A DNA stretch of 64,000 nucleotides from an uncultured delta proteobacterium (GTDB lineage Bacteria; Desulfobacterota; Binatia; UBA9968), in the NCBI GenBank assembly GCA_963847445.1, contig CAWJZV010000030.1, forward strand, positions 416,001 to 480,000. Direction: 5' to 3'. The translations under genes and the position numbers were made by a program. Shown here in pieces: positions 19,773 to 30,553 of this stretch (its first letter is position 1; the number at the start of each line of letters is the position of its first letter). Under the pieces are notes generated by a model that was given only the letters and a program-made list of their open reading frames with translations, ran no database searches and was not told the origin of the DNA.

Positions 19773-20790
19773 TCAATTTTTTAACCCGAGCAGGGAAAGA
19801 AATTCCTGATTGTACTCGGCGTAACGGTCGGCGATCGACATGTCCACCGGCGCGAGCTTCGATTGCATCATGCGTTCGAGCCGCTTGTTTTTGATCGGCA
19901 CATCCTTGCGCGCCGGCACCCGGTCGGAGATTTCATTCATCGCTTTGAGCCCCTCGACGGATAACCCCCAATAGAGAAACAGCCGCGCTGCGTTGGGATG
20001 GGGCGGCTTGGCGCCGATGCCCCAGGCCAAGACGTTCACCGGCACCGGCTCGAAGGCGACCCAATCGATGGGCGCTCCCTTGGCGCGGATGTTTTCGATC
20101 ACCGAAGCATAGGCGCTGATGCCCAGGGCAAACTCGCCGGCGCTGACCAACTGCGCTTCCATGGTGTGACCGCGCCGGGGCCGCAAACCATTGGCGACCA
20201 ACTTTTTAAACCATTCGCGGCCCTTGTCGCGGCCCATGAGCTTGAGCCAGGTGGCGTAGAGATCGACGTCCTGTTCGTCCATGGTCAGCTTGTCTTTCCA
20301 TTTGGGATGAGCCAGGTCTTCGTAACTCTTCGGCAAATCGTTGGGCTTCACCATGTTGGTGTTGTAGGCCACCGACCAGAATTGAATGTAATACGCCGCC
20401 CAATAATCGTCCGGGTCCATGAAGCCGTCGAGAAAGCGATGGCGCTCGGGGTAGTTCATCTTCTGCAGCCAGTTTTTGCGCCGGTACAGTTCGAGATTGC
20501 TGGCGCGATTCATCACCACGTCGAAACCCCAGCGGCCGGCGGGAATTTCGGTTTGCAGCTTCTGGGTCATCGCCGTGGCGCCGGCGCGAAACAGGCTGAC
20601 CTTGATGCCGTATTTTTTTGTGAAGAGCGCAGCCCAGGCCTGAGTTTCCGGCAGCGGCAAGGTCGAATACCAAACCACTTCGCCTTCGGCTTTGGCCTTT
20701 TCGACCAAATCGTTGCCGACGATCTCGGCGCCGTGAGCCGACTCCGTGAACCGAGCAGAACGTCAGCTAGAGCGACGCTCGAAGCAGCAT
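19773..20790 (-). CDS. Extracellular solute-binding protein (Fe3+/polyamine-type ABC SBP fold)
   Basis: AKAEGEVVWYST, AYNTNMVK, PKSYEDL, PHPNAARLF. The N-terminus is frameshifted. Confidence 0.85.
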
Positions 20791-20808
20791 GGCTTCCCCT
20801 CCACTTCT

Positions 20809-21967
20809 TCAATCCCGCACGACGCTGCCGGCGCTGGTGCGAACATGACGCGGCATCCGCCGCATCGCGCAGGATGCCTTTGGGATCTCGTCCTTCGCGC
20901 ACTTCATGAATCGCCGTGCGCAAAATTTTTCTAAACAACATGACTCCCTTATCCGAGCTGACCAGATGCTCCAAGCCATGCAGCGCGATCGGCCCCTGCC
21001 CTTCGACAGCTTCCTTGTCGTCGGGATGACGCTGGGTGTATTCGAAGCTCGAGTTCTTGCGCGCGCCGGGAGCCAACTGCTCGCGCCCGGACAACGACTC
21101 GGTTTCGTTGTCGGCCAGCCAGCGCACGCTGGCGCCCAATTGGTGGGTATCGTCGACCGGCACACAGTAGGTCACCGCGCGCACGCGCTCGGTCTTGGGC
21201 TCGTCGGTGTAAACCAGGTGGACATTGAGCGGCATGAGCATTTCCCAAATGAGTTCCCACCATTTGCCGTTTGCTAATTTGCGCGTGAGGATGAAGCGCA
21301 TGCCCATGGCGGTCTCTTCGTATTGCAAATCATCGGGAGTCACGCCATAGGCGTGGGAGGGAAACTGCGGCCCGCTGTGCAATGTGTGCAACCAAAAGGT
21401 ATGCAGCGCGTCCATCAAATTCTCTTCGGCCTGCAGCCAATTGCAATTGACCGGGCCGCCGACCCGCGGCCCCATGCGCGCTTTGAGCGTACCGCCGGCA
21501 GTTTGCCAGACATCGTACAGCGGAAACTCCGGCAGCCGCTCCAGCGGCCCCATATAGGCGAACAGGAGTCCGCCAAACTCACGCACCGGATAAGCCGGCT
21601 GTTGGATTTGCTTTAAAAATGGATTGGGCGTCGGCTCGAGCGGCATCTCGATGACGTTGCCTGCGACATCGTAGAGCCAACCATGATAACAGCAGCGCAG
21701 GCCGCGCTCCTCGACCCGGCCGTATTCGAGTGAAGCGCCGCGATGACTGCAACGAAAGAACAGCAGGCCGGCACGCCCCTGACCGTCGCGAAAGGCGATT
21801 AGCTCTTCACCGAGAATCCTGACCGGCTTGGGTAGATCCTTGAGATCGGCGGAGAGACAGACAGGTTGCCAGTACCGGCGCATCAGCTCGCCGCATGGCG
21901 TGCCCGGTCCAACACGAGTCAACTCGCCATCGGGTTCGGGAATTTTGAGACCGTAGGCGCTCTTCAT
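20809..21967 (-). CDS. Rieske non-heme iron oxygenase alpha subunit (phthalate 4,5-dioxygenase/LigXa-like)
   Basis: Rieske motif CSHRG...CCYHGW and mononuclear Fe motif ENLMDALHTFWLH; EHLVSSDKGV. The true end TSAGSVVRD* is in a shifted frame. Confidence 0.9.
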
Positions 21968-22000
21968 TGCCTGCCACTCCGACCGAACAATATCGCGCAG

Positions 22001-22077
22001 ATCATATGCCGCCGCGCGCGGGAGTCAAGGTAAAACCTGCCGCTTGCTTGACAGCGGCGCGACATCCGCACTAGTTT
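22001..22077. promoter_or_regulatory. Back-to-back sigma-70-like promoters
   Basis: Minus strand: TTGACT-N16-TATGAT. Plus strand: TTGACA-N18-TAGTTT. Confidence 0.45.
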
Positions 22078-22113
22078 CGACCATTCGTCTCTTGGCCGAA
22101 AGGAGTTCGTCCT

Positions 22114-23214
22114 ATGACTCAGTCATTTCCGATCATCGATGCCGATGCCCATGTCATCGAAACCGAACGCACCTGGGACTATCTCGATGAATCCGACCGC
22201 AAGTACCGGCCGCGGCTTTATTCCACGCCCAACGAGCCAATGCGCCAGTATTGGGTCTTGGAAGACAAGATCGCCGGCTTTCGCTTTCTCACGCTGAGCG
22301 AGCGCGAGCTGCGCGAGTTCGCCGACCGCGCCGGCAGGAATTTCGCCACGCCGCAGGCGGCGCGCGAGTTGGACGATGTCGAGCTACGCCTCAAACACAT
22401 GGACGAGCTGGGCATCGACGTTCAGGTGCTGCACAACACCTTCTGGATCGAACAGGTGACCAGCAACCGTCAAGCCGAAGTCGCGGTGTGCCGCAGTTGG
22501 AACCGCTGGCTCGCCGATATTTCGCGGCAAAGCCATGGCCGGCTATTTTACTCCTGCGTCGTGCCGGCCCTCGACATCGACGCAGCCATCGCCGAAATCA
22601 AGTTCGCCAAGGACAACGGCGGTGTCGCCGTCTGCATGCGCCCCCTCGAAGGCGACCGCCATTTATCCGATCCCTATTTTTATCCGATCTATCAAACCGC
22701 CAGCGATCTCGACCTCGCGATCGCCGTGCATATCGCCAACGGCAATCCAGCGAACGCCGACCTCTATCGCCAAGCGCCGGCCGGCCGCTTCGCCCAGTTC
22801 CGCGTGCCGACGGTCACCGCCTGCTTCGATGTCATCATGAGCGAGCTGCACCAAGTGTTTCCCAAACTGCGTTGGGGATTTATCGAAGCGTCGGCCCAGT
22901 GGGTACCCTGGATCGCCCGCGAGACCGCGATCCGCTACCGCGCCCAAGGACGGACTTTTCCCGAGAACGTTTTCGGCGAATACCAGATCTACGTCACCTG
23001 CCAGACCAACGACGACGTGCCCTATGTGGTCAATTGCTGCGGCGAGGATCGCCTGGTGATTGGCACCGACTACGGCCACACCGACCCGTCAAGCGCGGTG
23101 ACCGCGTTGAACGAATTTCAACGGATGGAAGGCTTGGACGCGTCGGTCAAAGAAAAAATCCTCTCGCATAACGCCAAGGCGCTTTACAATCTAAGCAGCA
23201 ATGGCGTTCATTAG
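22114..23214 (+). CDS. Amidohydrolase family 2 protein
   Basis: [26 protein letters not shown]. Confidence 0.9.
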   Translation: MTQSFPIIDADAHVIETERTWDYLDESDRKYRPRLYSTPNEPMRQYWVLEDKIAGFRFLTLSERELREFADRAGRNFATPQAARELDDVELRLKHMDELGIDVQVLHNTFWIEQVTSNRQAEVAVCRSWNRWLADISRQSHGRLFYSCVVPALDIDAAIAEIKFAKDNGGVAVCMRPLEGDRHLSDPYFYPIYQTASDLDLAIAVHIANGNPANADLYRQAPAGRFAQFRVPTVTACFDVIMSELHQVFPKLRWGFIEASAQWVPWIARETAIRYRAQGRTFPENVFGEYQIYVTCQTNDDVPYVVNCCGEDRLVIGTDYGHTDPSSAVTALNEFQRMEGLDASVKEKILSHNAKALYNLSSNGVH

Positions 23215-23261
23215 GCGGAGAGATTCCAGGGTAAGCGAATGTAGCGCACAAGCCGGCAAGG

Positions 23262-23405
23262 TTTGTCGGATGCGTTGACCCAAGGGAAGCGCATCGTTGA
23301 TGAGTCGCACTCGCTCGATGCGGTTCGCCGACTCACCCCATTCTACAGGTTTCGCCATTTTGATTGTCCGCAGGTGTAAGTAATCACATGAACCACTTCG
23401 TGGCG
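23262..23405. repeat. Composite element copy D (partial) with a different REP cargo
   Basis: The minus strand reads GCCACGAAGTGGTTCATG-N22-ATCAAAAT, then a GTAGAATGGGGTGAGTC...GACTCATC / GATGCGC...ACGCATCCGAC palindrome pair. Confidence 0.6.
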
Positions 23406-23507
23406 CATATTTCTTGCAGGACAGCGATTTTTCGTTGGCTCTGTCCCGCCAGGCGATCTCTGCGCGACAGCGTTGAGTTTCCCCAAGTGACAGGCTAGAG
23501 TCGCGCC

Positions 23508-24803
23508 ATGAATTTGCCGCACCTCGAATCGTCTCTCAATCGGCTGCTGACGACCGTGTCGCGGGGCACCGCGACGATTCTCGACCGCGCCCTTTCCGGG
23601 CAGGATCTGTCAGTCGACGAGGCAACGACGCTGTTCGAGGCGGACGGGTCCGATTTATTAGCGATGCTCGCCGCCGCCGACCAGCTGCGCGCTCAGACCG
23701 TCGGCGACGTGGTCAGCTACGTCATCAATCGCAACATCAATTTTACCAACGTGTGCGTCAAGCAGTGCGGCTTTTGTGCCTTCAGCCGAGGCCATCTCGC
23801 CGAAGAAGGTTATTTCCTGCCGATTGAGGAAATCATCCGGCGCGCTACGGAAGCGCGCGACCTCGGCGCCAGCGAAGTGTGCATTCAAGCGGGACTGGCA
23901 CCCGGCATGGACGGTTGGCATTACGTCACACTTTGCCGCGCCGTGAAAGAAGCCCTGCCGGAACTGCATATTCACGGCTTTTCGCCCGAGGAAGTGCTCT
24001 ACGGTTCGACGCTCACCGGCGCCAGCATCCGCGATTACCTATTGGCCCTTAAAGACGCCGGCGTCGGCAGCTTGCCGGGCACGTCGGCTGAAGTATTCGT
24101 CGACGCGGTGCGCCAGCGCATCTCCCCCGGCCGCATCAGCATCGACAACTGGATCGAGGTGATCCAAACCGCCCATGAAGTCGGCATCCCGACCACCTCG
24201 ACGATCATGTACGGCCATATCGAGACGGCGCGCCATCGCGCCATTCATTTGAGCGTCCTGCGCGACGTGCAGAAACGCACCGGCGGCATCACCGAGTTCG
24301 TGCCGTTGAGCTTTGTCTACGAAGAAGCGCCGATGTCGCATCGCCAGGCGCTGCCCGAACTGCGCCATGGCGCCAGCGGCGCGGAAGTGATGAAGATGTA
24401 CGCCGTGTCGCGACTGATGCTCAACAACTGGATTCCCAACTTGCAGGTCTCTTGGGTCAAGGAAGGGCCGAAGCTGTCGCAGATCGCCCTGCTCGCCGGC
24501 GCCAACGATTTCGGCGGCACGCTGATCAACGAGAGCATTTCCACCGCCGCCGGCGCCGGCTACGGCCAGCTGATGAAGCCGTCGCAATTCCGCGGCCTGA
24601 TCCGTGAAATGAGCCGCATCCCGGCGGAGCGCTCGACCACCTATCAAAAAGTCCGCGTCTTCGAGACCGAAGACAATCACCGCGACCTGCTCGACGAGAT
24701 CAACGACCCGGCGCAGCGCTTCGGCTCCTATCAGAATCTAATTCACCTCAAAGACTACCGCTTCCGCGATTTTTACAAGGAACAGCGCAGTCCCAAGCAA
24801 TAA
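23508..24803 (+). CDS. cofH: FO synthase subunit CofH (radical SAM; F420 biosynthesis)
   Basis: NRNINFTNVCVKQCGFCAF (CX3CX2C), PGTSAE, TIMYGH, EFVPL, QVSWVKEG, GANDFGGTLINESI. Confidence 0.85.
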   Translation: MNLPHLESSLNRLLTTVSRGTATILDRALSGQDLSVDEATTLFEADGSDLLAMLAAADQLRAQTVGDVVSYVINRNINFTNVCVKQCGFCAFSRGHLAEEGYFLPIEEIIRRATEARDLGASEVCIQAGLAPGMDGWHYVTLCRAVKEALPELHIHGFSPEEVLYGSTLTGASIRDYLLALKDAGVGSLPGTSAEVFVDAVRQRISPGRISIDNWIEVIQTAHEVGIPTTSTIMYGHIETARHRAIHLSVLRDVQKRTGGITEFVPLSFVYEEAPMSHRQALPELRHGASGAEVMKMYAVSRLMLNNWIPNLQVSWVKEGPKLSQIALLAGANDFGGTLINESISTAAGAGYGQLMKPSQFRGLIREMSRIPAERSTTYQKVRVFETEDNHRDLLDEINDPAQRFGSYQNLIHLKDYRFRDFYKEQRSPKQ

Positions 24804-24841
24804 GGTCGCGACTCCCCCGCCACGCAGCGTAATTCTTAGCG

Positions 24842-25462
24842 ATGATCGGCGATCCCAGTCAGTTCGAAGCCATCGGCAATCGCCTGGGCTTCGATATTGT
24901 TGAAGACTCCCCTGAGCGGCTGCGCTTGAGCTGGCAAGGCGCGCGCTTCCCGGCCTTTCTCTGTGTCGGCATCGCTGTGCTTCTCTTATTCGTCAGTGTG
25001 CCGATTCTTCAAGCGCTGCATCTGCGCGGCTTCGTCGGGCCGGCCGGCTCGCTATGGTATTTCCCTTTAATGAATCTCGTGCTGTTCGGCATCGCGATTT
25101 TTCTGGTCACCCAGCGGCGCACCATCGTCCTCGATAGCAGCGCCAGGTCTTTCGAGCTTTGCCGCCAGAGTTTTTACCGCAAGACCAAACTCATCGCGTC
25201 ATTCGACGAGATTGAAAATATCACACTGAGCATCGACCAAGTATTCAGCGGCTTTGCCATCGGCGGCTCGACCTCGGCCGAAAGCTTTCCGGTGCCGGCG
25301 CTGCGAATTCATTTTAGCGGCGTCGACGCCGCCCTGCTCGACCGCGGCAGCCTGCGCCGGCTGGAAGATACCGGCAAAAAGATCGCCGCGAGAATAGGTA
25401 AGCCGTTAGAGATCGCGCCGGAGCTGGCCAGCGGCGATCCCGGTGCGAAACCCAAAAGATAA
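24842..25462 (+). CDS. Hypothetical membrane protein (two TM segments)
   Basis: 206 aa ORF with two hydrophobic stretches, directly downstream of cofH. Confidence 0.7.
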   Translation: MIGDPSQFEAIGNRLGFDIVEDSPERLRLSWQGARFPAFLCVGIAVLLLFVSVPILQALHLRGFVGPAGSLWYFPLMNLVLFGIAIFLVTQRRTIVLDSSARSFELCRQSFYRKTKLIASFDEIENITLSIDQVFSGFAIGGSTSAESFPVPALRIHFSGVDAALLDRGSLRRLEDTGKKIAARIGKPLEIAPELASGDPGAKPKR

Positions 25463-25519
25463 AGTAGCTGAACTCCGCGCCTCTGAGACTTTGAAATTAT
25501 GAGCAATCTTCCCGGTCGT

Positions 25520-25630
25520 GTCATCCTGAGCAAAGTTAGGATCTCGCCTAGTATGCCGCTTACGAAGGCCGAGATTCCTCGGCCTTGGCGCGGAAGGACA
25601 ATAGCGACGTCAGCGTCTCTGCGGTGAAAA
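25520..25630. repeat. Degenerate REP-like inverted pair
   Basis: GTCATCCTGAGCAAAG..GGATCTCG ... CGAGATTCCTCGGCC..GGAAGGACA, between convergent genes. Confidence 0.5.
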
Positions 25631-25640
25631 GTCCGGCGAA

Positions 25641-26309
25641 TCACGACGCCGGCCGGCGCGATAAAATATCGTGCAGTTGGCCAATGGCTTTTTTGACCCC
25701 TTCTTGGGCTAGTTGATCGGCGCTCAACCAGCGCACGCCGCGCTGGCTGATATCGCCGAGAGAGAAGATACTTTCGCTAAGGGATTTTTGGGTTTCGTCG
25801 AAGCGCGCCGTCCAGATGATATCACCGCGCCGAACATCGACCAGGTCGAGGATAAACGCCACCGAGGCCGGGCTCTTGGCACCCCACTCATCGCCGACCC
25901 GCTCACGAAAACGCTGCACCCGTGCCATCATTACGGCATCGGCGTAGACCATCTCGCCGACCCGTTTGAGCCGAGCCTCCTCGCTGCTGGGCGGCACACT
26001 GATGACCGCCTCGCGCACTTCGCTCTCGGAAACCACTTGCCAGTTGGGCAGCGCCGCCATCGCCGCGTGGGTATAACGCGCCAAGGATTCCGGCGCTTCC
26101 TTCTCCGAAGCGCGCGCCACCGTCGCGGCGCCGAACGGCACGCTCGGAGCCGGTGCGGGCACAGATATAACCGGCGGCAGCACGGCGATGCGGCGAATCC
26201 GCCGACCTTCCAAATCGCTGGACTGCTTGGTTTGCAAGGTCTCCGGAAAAATACCGCAGCTGGAACCGGTTGCGAGCAAAAGAAGCCCAAGGATAATCGT
26301 CTTGTACAT
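25641..26309 (-). CDS. Hypothetical lipoprotein
   Basis: MYKTIILGLLLLATGSSC lipobox-like N-terminus; RRIAVLPP; GDIIWTARFDETQ. Confidence 0.7.
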   Translation of the reverse strand: MYKTIILGLLLLATGSSCGIFPETLQTKQSSDLEGRRIRRIAVLPPVISVPAPAPSVPFGAATVARASEKEAPESLARYTHAAMAALPNWQVVSESEVREAVISVPPSSEEARLKRVGEMVYADAVMMARVQRFRERVGDEWGAKSPASVAFILDLVDVRRGDIIWTARFDETQKSLSESIFSLGDISQRGVRWLSADQLAQEGVKKAIGQLHDILSRRPAS

Positions 26310-26401
26310 GGGGTGCCGGTGAAAATAACAGAAGCGCTGCCGCGGCTCAAGAAAAACTTGCGCTGGCGCGGCTAACAACGCTCAAATTCTCAAAGTAGTA
26401 C

Positions 26402-28204
26402 CTACTTGTCTGAACCGCTGAGACGTATGCCCAACTCGCGCAGTTGGCGTGGCGCCACTTCGGAGGGCGCCTCGGTAAGCATACAGACGGCCCGCTGGCT
26501 TTTCGGGAAGGCGATGACGTCGCGCAACGACTTGGCGCCGCTCAAAAGCATCGCCAAGCGATCGATGCCGATGGCGATACCGCCGTGGGGCGGCGCGCCG
26601 AAGCTCAACGCTTCGAGCAAGAAACCGAACTTGGCCTGCGCTTCCTCGGCGTCAATGCCCATGAGGCCGAGAATTTTTTTTTGTAACTCGACCTGATGAA
26701 TACGGATGCTGCCGCCGCCGACTTCGGTGCCGTTCATCGCTAAGTCGTAGGCCTTGGAGCGAGATTTGGCCGGCTCGCTGTCGAGCAGGTGCAGGTCTTC
26801 GTCCAAAGGCGCGGTGAACGGATGATGCAAGGCGACGTATCGTTTTTCCTCGGCGTCATATTCCACCAACGGGAAGTCCACCACCCAGACCAGTGCGTAA
26901 TCTTTGGCCGGGATCAGCCCGAGCTTTTCGCCCAGGTGCAAACGCAAGTTGCCCAATGAATCATGGACGATCTTGGCGCTGTCGGCGGAGAACAGCACGA
27001 CATCGCCGACCTGCGCCTGGCAAATTCTTTCGACTTCTTTTTGCTCCGAAACGGACAAAAACTTGGCGATGGGCGACTGCCAACCCTCAGCGGTAATCTT
27101 CGCCCATGCGACGCCCTTAGCGCCAAAGGTCGCCACGAACGGCGTCATGTCGTCCAAATCCTTGCGCGACATGGCGCCGCCATTGGGAATACGCATGCCT
27201 TTGACCACACCGCCCTTTTGCATCGCGCCGGTGAAGACCTTGGCCTGGCAGTTACGCAGCGCAGCGCTAAAATCGCTGAGCTCTAAACCGAAGCGCATGT
27301 CCGGCTTGTCCGAGCCGAAGCGATTCATCGCGTCTTCATAGGTCAGCTTGGCGAAGGGCCGCTTAAGCTCGATTCCCTTCAGTTCTTTGAACAAGAGCGA
27401 GATCATACCCTCGACAATCTCCATGACCTCTTCCGGTTGAACAAACGACAGCTCCATATCGAGCTGGGTGAACTCCGGCTGGCGGTCGGCGCGCAGATCT
27501 TCGTCGCGAAAACATTTGACGATCTGAAAATAGCGATCCAGGCCGCCGACCATCAAGATCTGCTTGAACAACTGCGGCGACTGCGGCAAGGCGTAAAATT
27601 TGCCATGATAGATGCGGCTCGGCACGAGATAATCGCGCGCCCCCTCCGGTGTGCTCTTGGTCAGCACCGGCGTCTCGACGTCGATGAACCCCAAGCCGTC
27701 GAGATAATCGCGGATCAGCTTGGTCATGCGGTAGCGCAAGAGCAGCGGTGCCAGGCTCTGGGGCCGGCGCAGGTCCAAGTAGCGATACTTGAGCCGGGTG
27801 TTTTCATTGGCGTCGGTTTCATCGTCGATGATGAACGGCGGCACCTGGGAAGCGTTGAGCAGGCGCAGGCCGCGGCTCTTCAATTCCACTGCACCGGTGG
27901 GCAGTTCCGGATTGATGTTTTCTAGCGACCGCTTGGCGAGGATGCCGCGCACGGCGATGACATCTTCGGAACGGAGTTGTTTGGCTTTCTCGTGCGAAGC
28001 CGCATCGCCTTCGGGATTGAAGACGATCTGACAAATGCCGCTGCGATCACGTAAATCGACGAAGATCACGCCGCCATGATCGCGCCGGCCATGCACCCAA
28101 CCGACCAAAGTCAATTCTTGGTCCACCGACGACGCCCGCGCTTCGCCGCAATAACAACTGCGCTGCCAATCGCCCAACTGATCGTTAAAAACTCGCTCCG
28201 CCAT
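26402..28204 (-). CDS. aspS: Aspartate--tRNA ligase
   Basis: RRDHGGVIFVDLRD, STPEGARDYLVPSR, FRDEDLRADRQPEFTQLD, GAPPHGG. Confidence 0.97.
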   Translation of the reverse strand: MAERVFNDQLGDWQRSCYCGEARASSVDQELTLVGWVHGRRDHGGVIFVDLRDRSGICQIVFNPEGDAASHEKAKQLRSEDVIAVRGILAKRSLENINPELPTGAVELKSRGLRLLNASQVPPFIIDDETDANENTRLKYRYLDLRRPQSLAPLLLRYRMTKLIRDYLDGLGFIDVETPVLTKSTPEGARDYLVPSRIYHGKFYALPQSPQLFKQILMVGGLDRYFQIVKCFRDEDLRADRQPEFTQLDMELSFVQPEEVMEIVEGMISLLFKELKGIELKRPFAKLTYEDAMNRFGSDKPDMRFGLELSDFSAALRNCQAKVFTGAMQKGGVVKGMRIPNGGAMSRKDLDDMTPFVATFGAKGVAWAKITAEGWQSPIAKFLSVSEQKEVERICQAQVGDVVLFSADSAKIVHDSLGNLRLHLGEKLGLIPAKDYALVWVVDFPLVEYDAEEKRYVALHHPFTAPLDEDLHLLDSEPAKSRSKAYDLAMNGTEVGGGSIRIHQVELQKKILGLMGIDAEEAQAKFGFLLEALSFGAPPHGGIAIGIDRLAMLLSGAKSLRDVIAFPKSQRAVCMLTEAPSEVAPRQLRELGIRLSGSDK

Positions 28205-29488
28205 CAATTTGCCTTCCTAGCCGTCAACGCTGATTCAAGATTGTCCAGCGAGATTTCTTCTTGTTGTTTATGGGTCATATCGCGCAGTACCGCTTGCCCC
28301 TTGGCGAGTTCATCGTCGCCGAGGATCACCACCGAACGGGCTTTCAGTTTATCGGCCCGGCGCATTTGGCTTTTTAAGCTGCGCGCCTCGGCTTCGATCT
28401 CGACGCTGATGCCCTTCTGGCGTAGTCTATGCACCACTGGAAACGCCCAATCGCGCGCCTTAGCGCCAATCCAGGCAAAATAAACCGCCGGCCCGCCCAT
28501 GTCGCTGCGCTTTTGCAAGCGCAACAACATGGTCAAGCGCTCAACACCCATGGCGAAGCCCACCCCTGGTATCGGCGGCCCGCCCAGCTGCTGCACCAAA
28601 CCGTCGTAACGTCCGCCCGCCGCCACCGCGCTCTGGGAACCCAACAGCTTGGTGGTCCACTCAAAGGTGGTCCGGCAGTAGTAATCGAGACCGCGCACCA
28701 TGCGCGGATTGAGCGCGAACTCCACTTGGGTTTCCCAGAGCAATCGTTGCACGGTCTCGAAGTGGTCGCGGCAGACCGCACAAAGACTATCGACGATCGA
28801 TGGCGCGTCTTTGGTCGCGTCGATGCAGCCAACTTCTTTACAGTCCAAGGCGCGCAGCGGATTACGGTCGATGCGCCGTTGGCAGTTGCCGCACAATGCC
28901 GCCTCCCGGTCTTTCAAGAACGCCAGCAACTCTGCGCGATACTGCGGCCGGCAATCCGAGCAACCGAGGGAATTGATCTGCAATGCAGGTTCGGCTCAAG
29001 CCCAATGAGTGGAAATAATCATGGAGCAGCAAAAGCATCTCGGCGTCGATATAGGGATCGCCCCGCCCCAGCGCCTCGGCGCCGATCTGGTGGAACTGGC
29101 GCATGCGCCCCTTTTGCGGCCGCTCGCGGCGAAACATCGGCCCCATGTAATAGAGCTTGCGCACCGGCTCGACCTTGTACATCTCGGCTTCGACATAGGC
29201 GCGCACCACCCCGGCGGTGCCTTCCGGGCGCAATGTCAGCTTAGTACCTTCGGCCGCCTCCCCCGCGCGGGCATCGCGATCTTCGAAGGTGTACATCTCC
29301 TTCTCGACGATATCCGTGGTCTCACCGATGGAACGGCTGAACAGCTCGGTCTTTTCGAGTATCGGAATACGAATCTCGGCGAAATTGTAAGCATTGAAAA
29401 CCTGGCGCGCCTGGACTTCTACCCATTGCCAAGTCTCCACCTCGCCGGGAAAGATGTCGGCAAAGCCTTTTATGCTGGTGATTTTCAT
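28204..29488 (-). CDS. hisS: Histidine--tRNA ligase (frameshift near 28990)
   Basis: TDIVEKEMYTF, LRPEGTA, RPQKGRMRQFHQ, VRGLDYY, GGRYDGL. Confidence 0.95.
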
Positions 29489-29561
29489 GGCGGCGATTTT
29501 CAGCGTCCCAACAGGACACCATAAGAGTTGAACGAGTTCAAGTTAGCGCTACGCGTGAGCC

Positions 29562-30284
29562 CTACGCGCGGGCATCGTAGCGGTAAATCCGCGAGCGCCG
29601 GGTGGTGCCGTGAAGCTGGCTGAAGAGAAAACCGCGAAAGGTCATATAATAAGCCAGCAGTAGACCGAGCACCAACGCGGCAACGAATAACTGGACAATC
29701 GCCGGTAGACCGAAAAGCAGCGACGAAAAAAAATCCAAGAAGAAATAGCCGGCGGCGAACAAAATCAAATTCGGCACCAGCCATTCGATCCAGTTCTCGA
29801 CGATGAAGTTGTAGCTAGCACCGATCAGCTCCAATCCCGAGACCCGCCCCTGGTAGATCATTTCTGGGACGGCATTGAGCAGGACGAATAAACCGAGCCG
29901 CAGCAACAGATAAACCAACCAGCCGTTGGGCACGCCGCCGAGCAGATTGGCTGCCGCCCACATGGGCAGCCAGAGGATGAAGAAGAAGGTGATCAAATCG
30001 CCCAAGTAGACCAGAAAGCCGTTAAGAAAATCGTTGATGTCGGTCTTGCCGCTCTCGACCATGTTTTTAACCAGATAAAGCCCCGAACTGGCGCAGGCGG
30101 AACTGACCAACGAATAGACCAAGCCGCCAACGATCCCGAGCGGCCCAGCGACGACTCCGGCTAGAGTCAAGATGATGCCGTAGGCCACCGGCGCGAGACT
30201 CACCACCCAGTTCTTGCGCACGCAGTCCCAAGACTTGCTGAGTGCCATAGTGTAGAGCCAGAGCGTCACTTGAAGAGTTTTCAT
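29562..30284 (-). CDS. Hypothetical multi-pass membrane protein
   Basis: 240 aa ORF with about 6 hydrophobic segments. Confidence 0.75.
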   Translation of the reverse strand: MKTLQVTLWLYTMALSKSWDCVRKNWVVSLAPVAYGIILTLAGVVAGPLGIVGGLVYSLVSSACASSGLYLVKNMVESGKTDINDFLNGFLVYLGDLITFFFILWLPMWAAANLLGGVPNGWLVYLLLRLGLFVLLNAVPEMIYQGRVSGLELIGASYNFIVENWIEWLVPNLILFAAGYFFLDFFSSLLFGLPAIVQLFVAALVLGLLLAYYMTFRGFLFSQLHGTTRRSRIYRYDARA

Positions 30285-30553
30285 AGCGACCAGTTATAGC
30301 AGAAAAATCTCGCTGATTCAGAGCTACGGGCGATTTGGTGATTGATCGGCCGGCGCGTCGATAACCGGCTCGCGACTGCGCAATAGCGGTGCTGTGCATG
30401 GACCCAACCCCGATCGCTGGAGAGGATAGATGAAGTCAATCCATCCAAGGCTTTGCTCAGATAATTCATGTGATAGGTGAAGATGGGGAGCTAGCGCCGC
30501 CGCTACCTCAAGCGGAGCGTTTCATCGACTTGCAATACTTGAAAGCAGCAGGG

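Noticed and set aside
20567-21967. 466-aa Rieske protein with a long C-terminal extension overlapping the SBP gene
   Set aside because: The extension is frameshift read-through. The natural end is at 20809, followed by an RBS and the SBP start.
28204-29488. Programmed ribosomal frameshifting in hisS and other split genes
   Set aside because: I saw no slippery heptamers or consistent stimulatory structures at the breakpoints, and there are too many events.
30281-30469. Small ORF MNYLSKALDG upstream of the membrane protein
   Set aside because: It has no RBS, atypical codon usage and no motif, so it cannot be supported.
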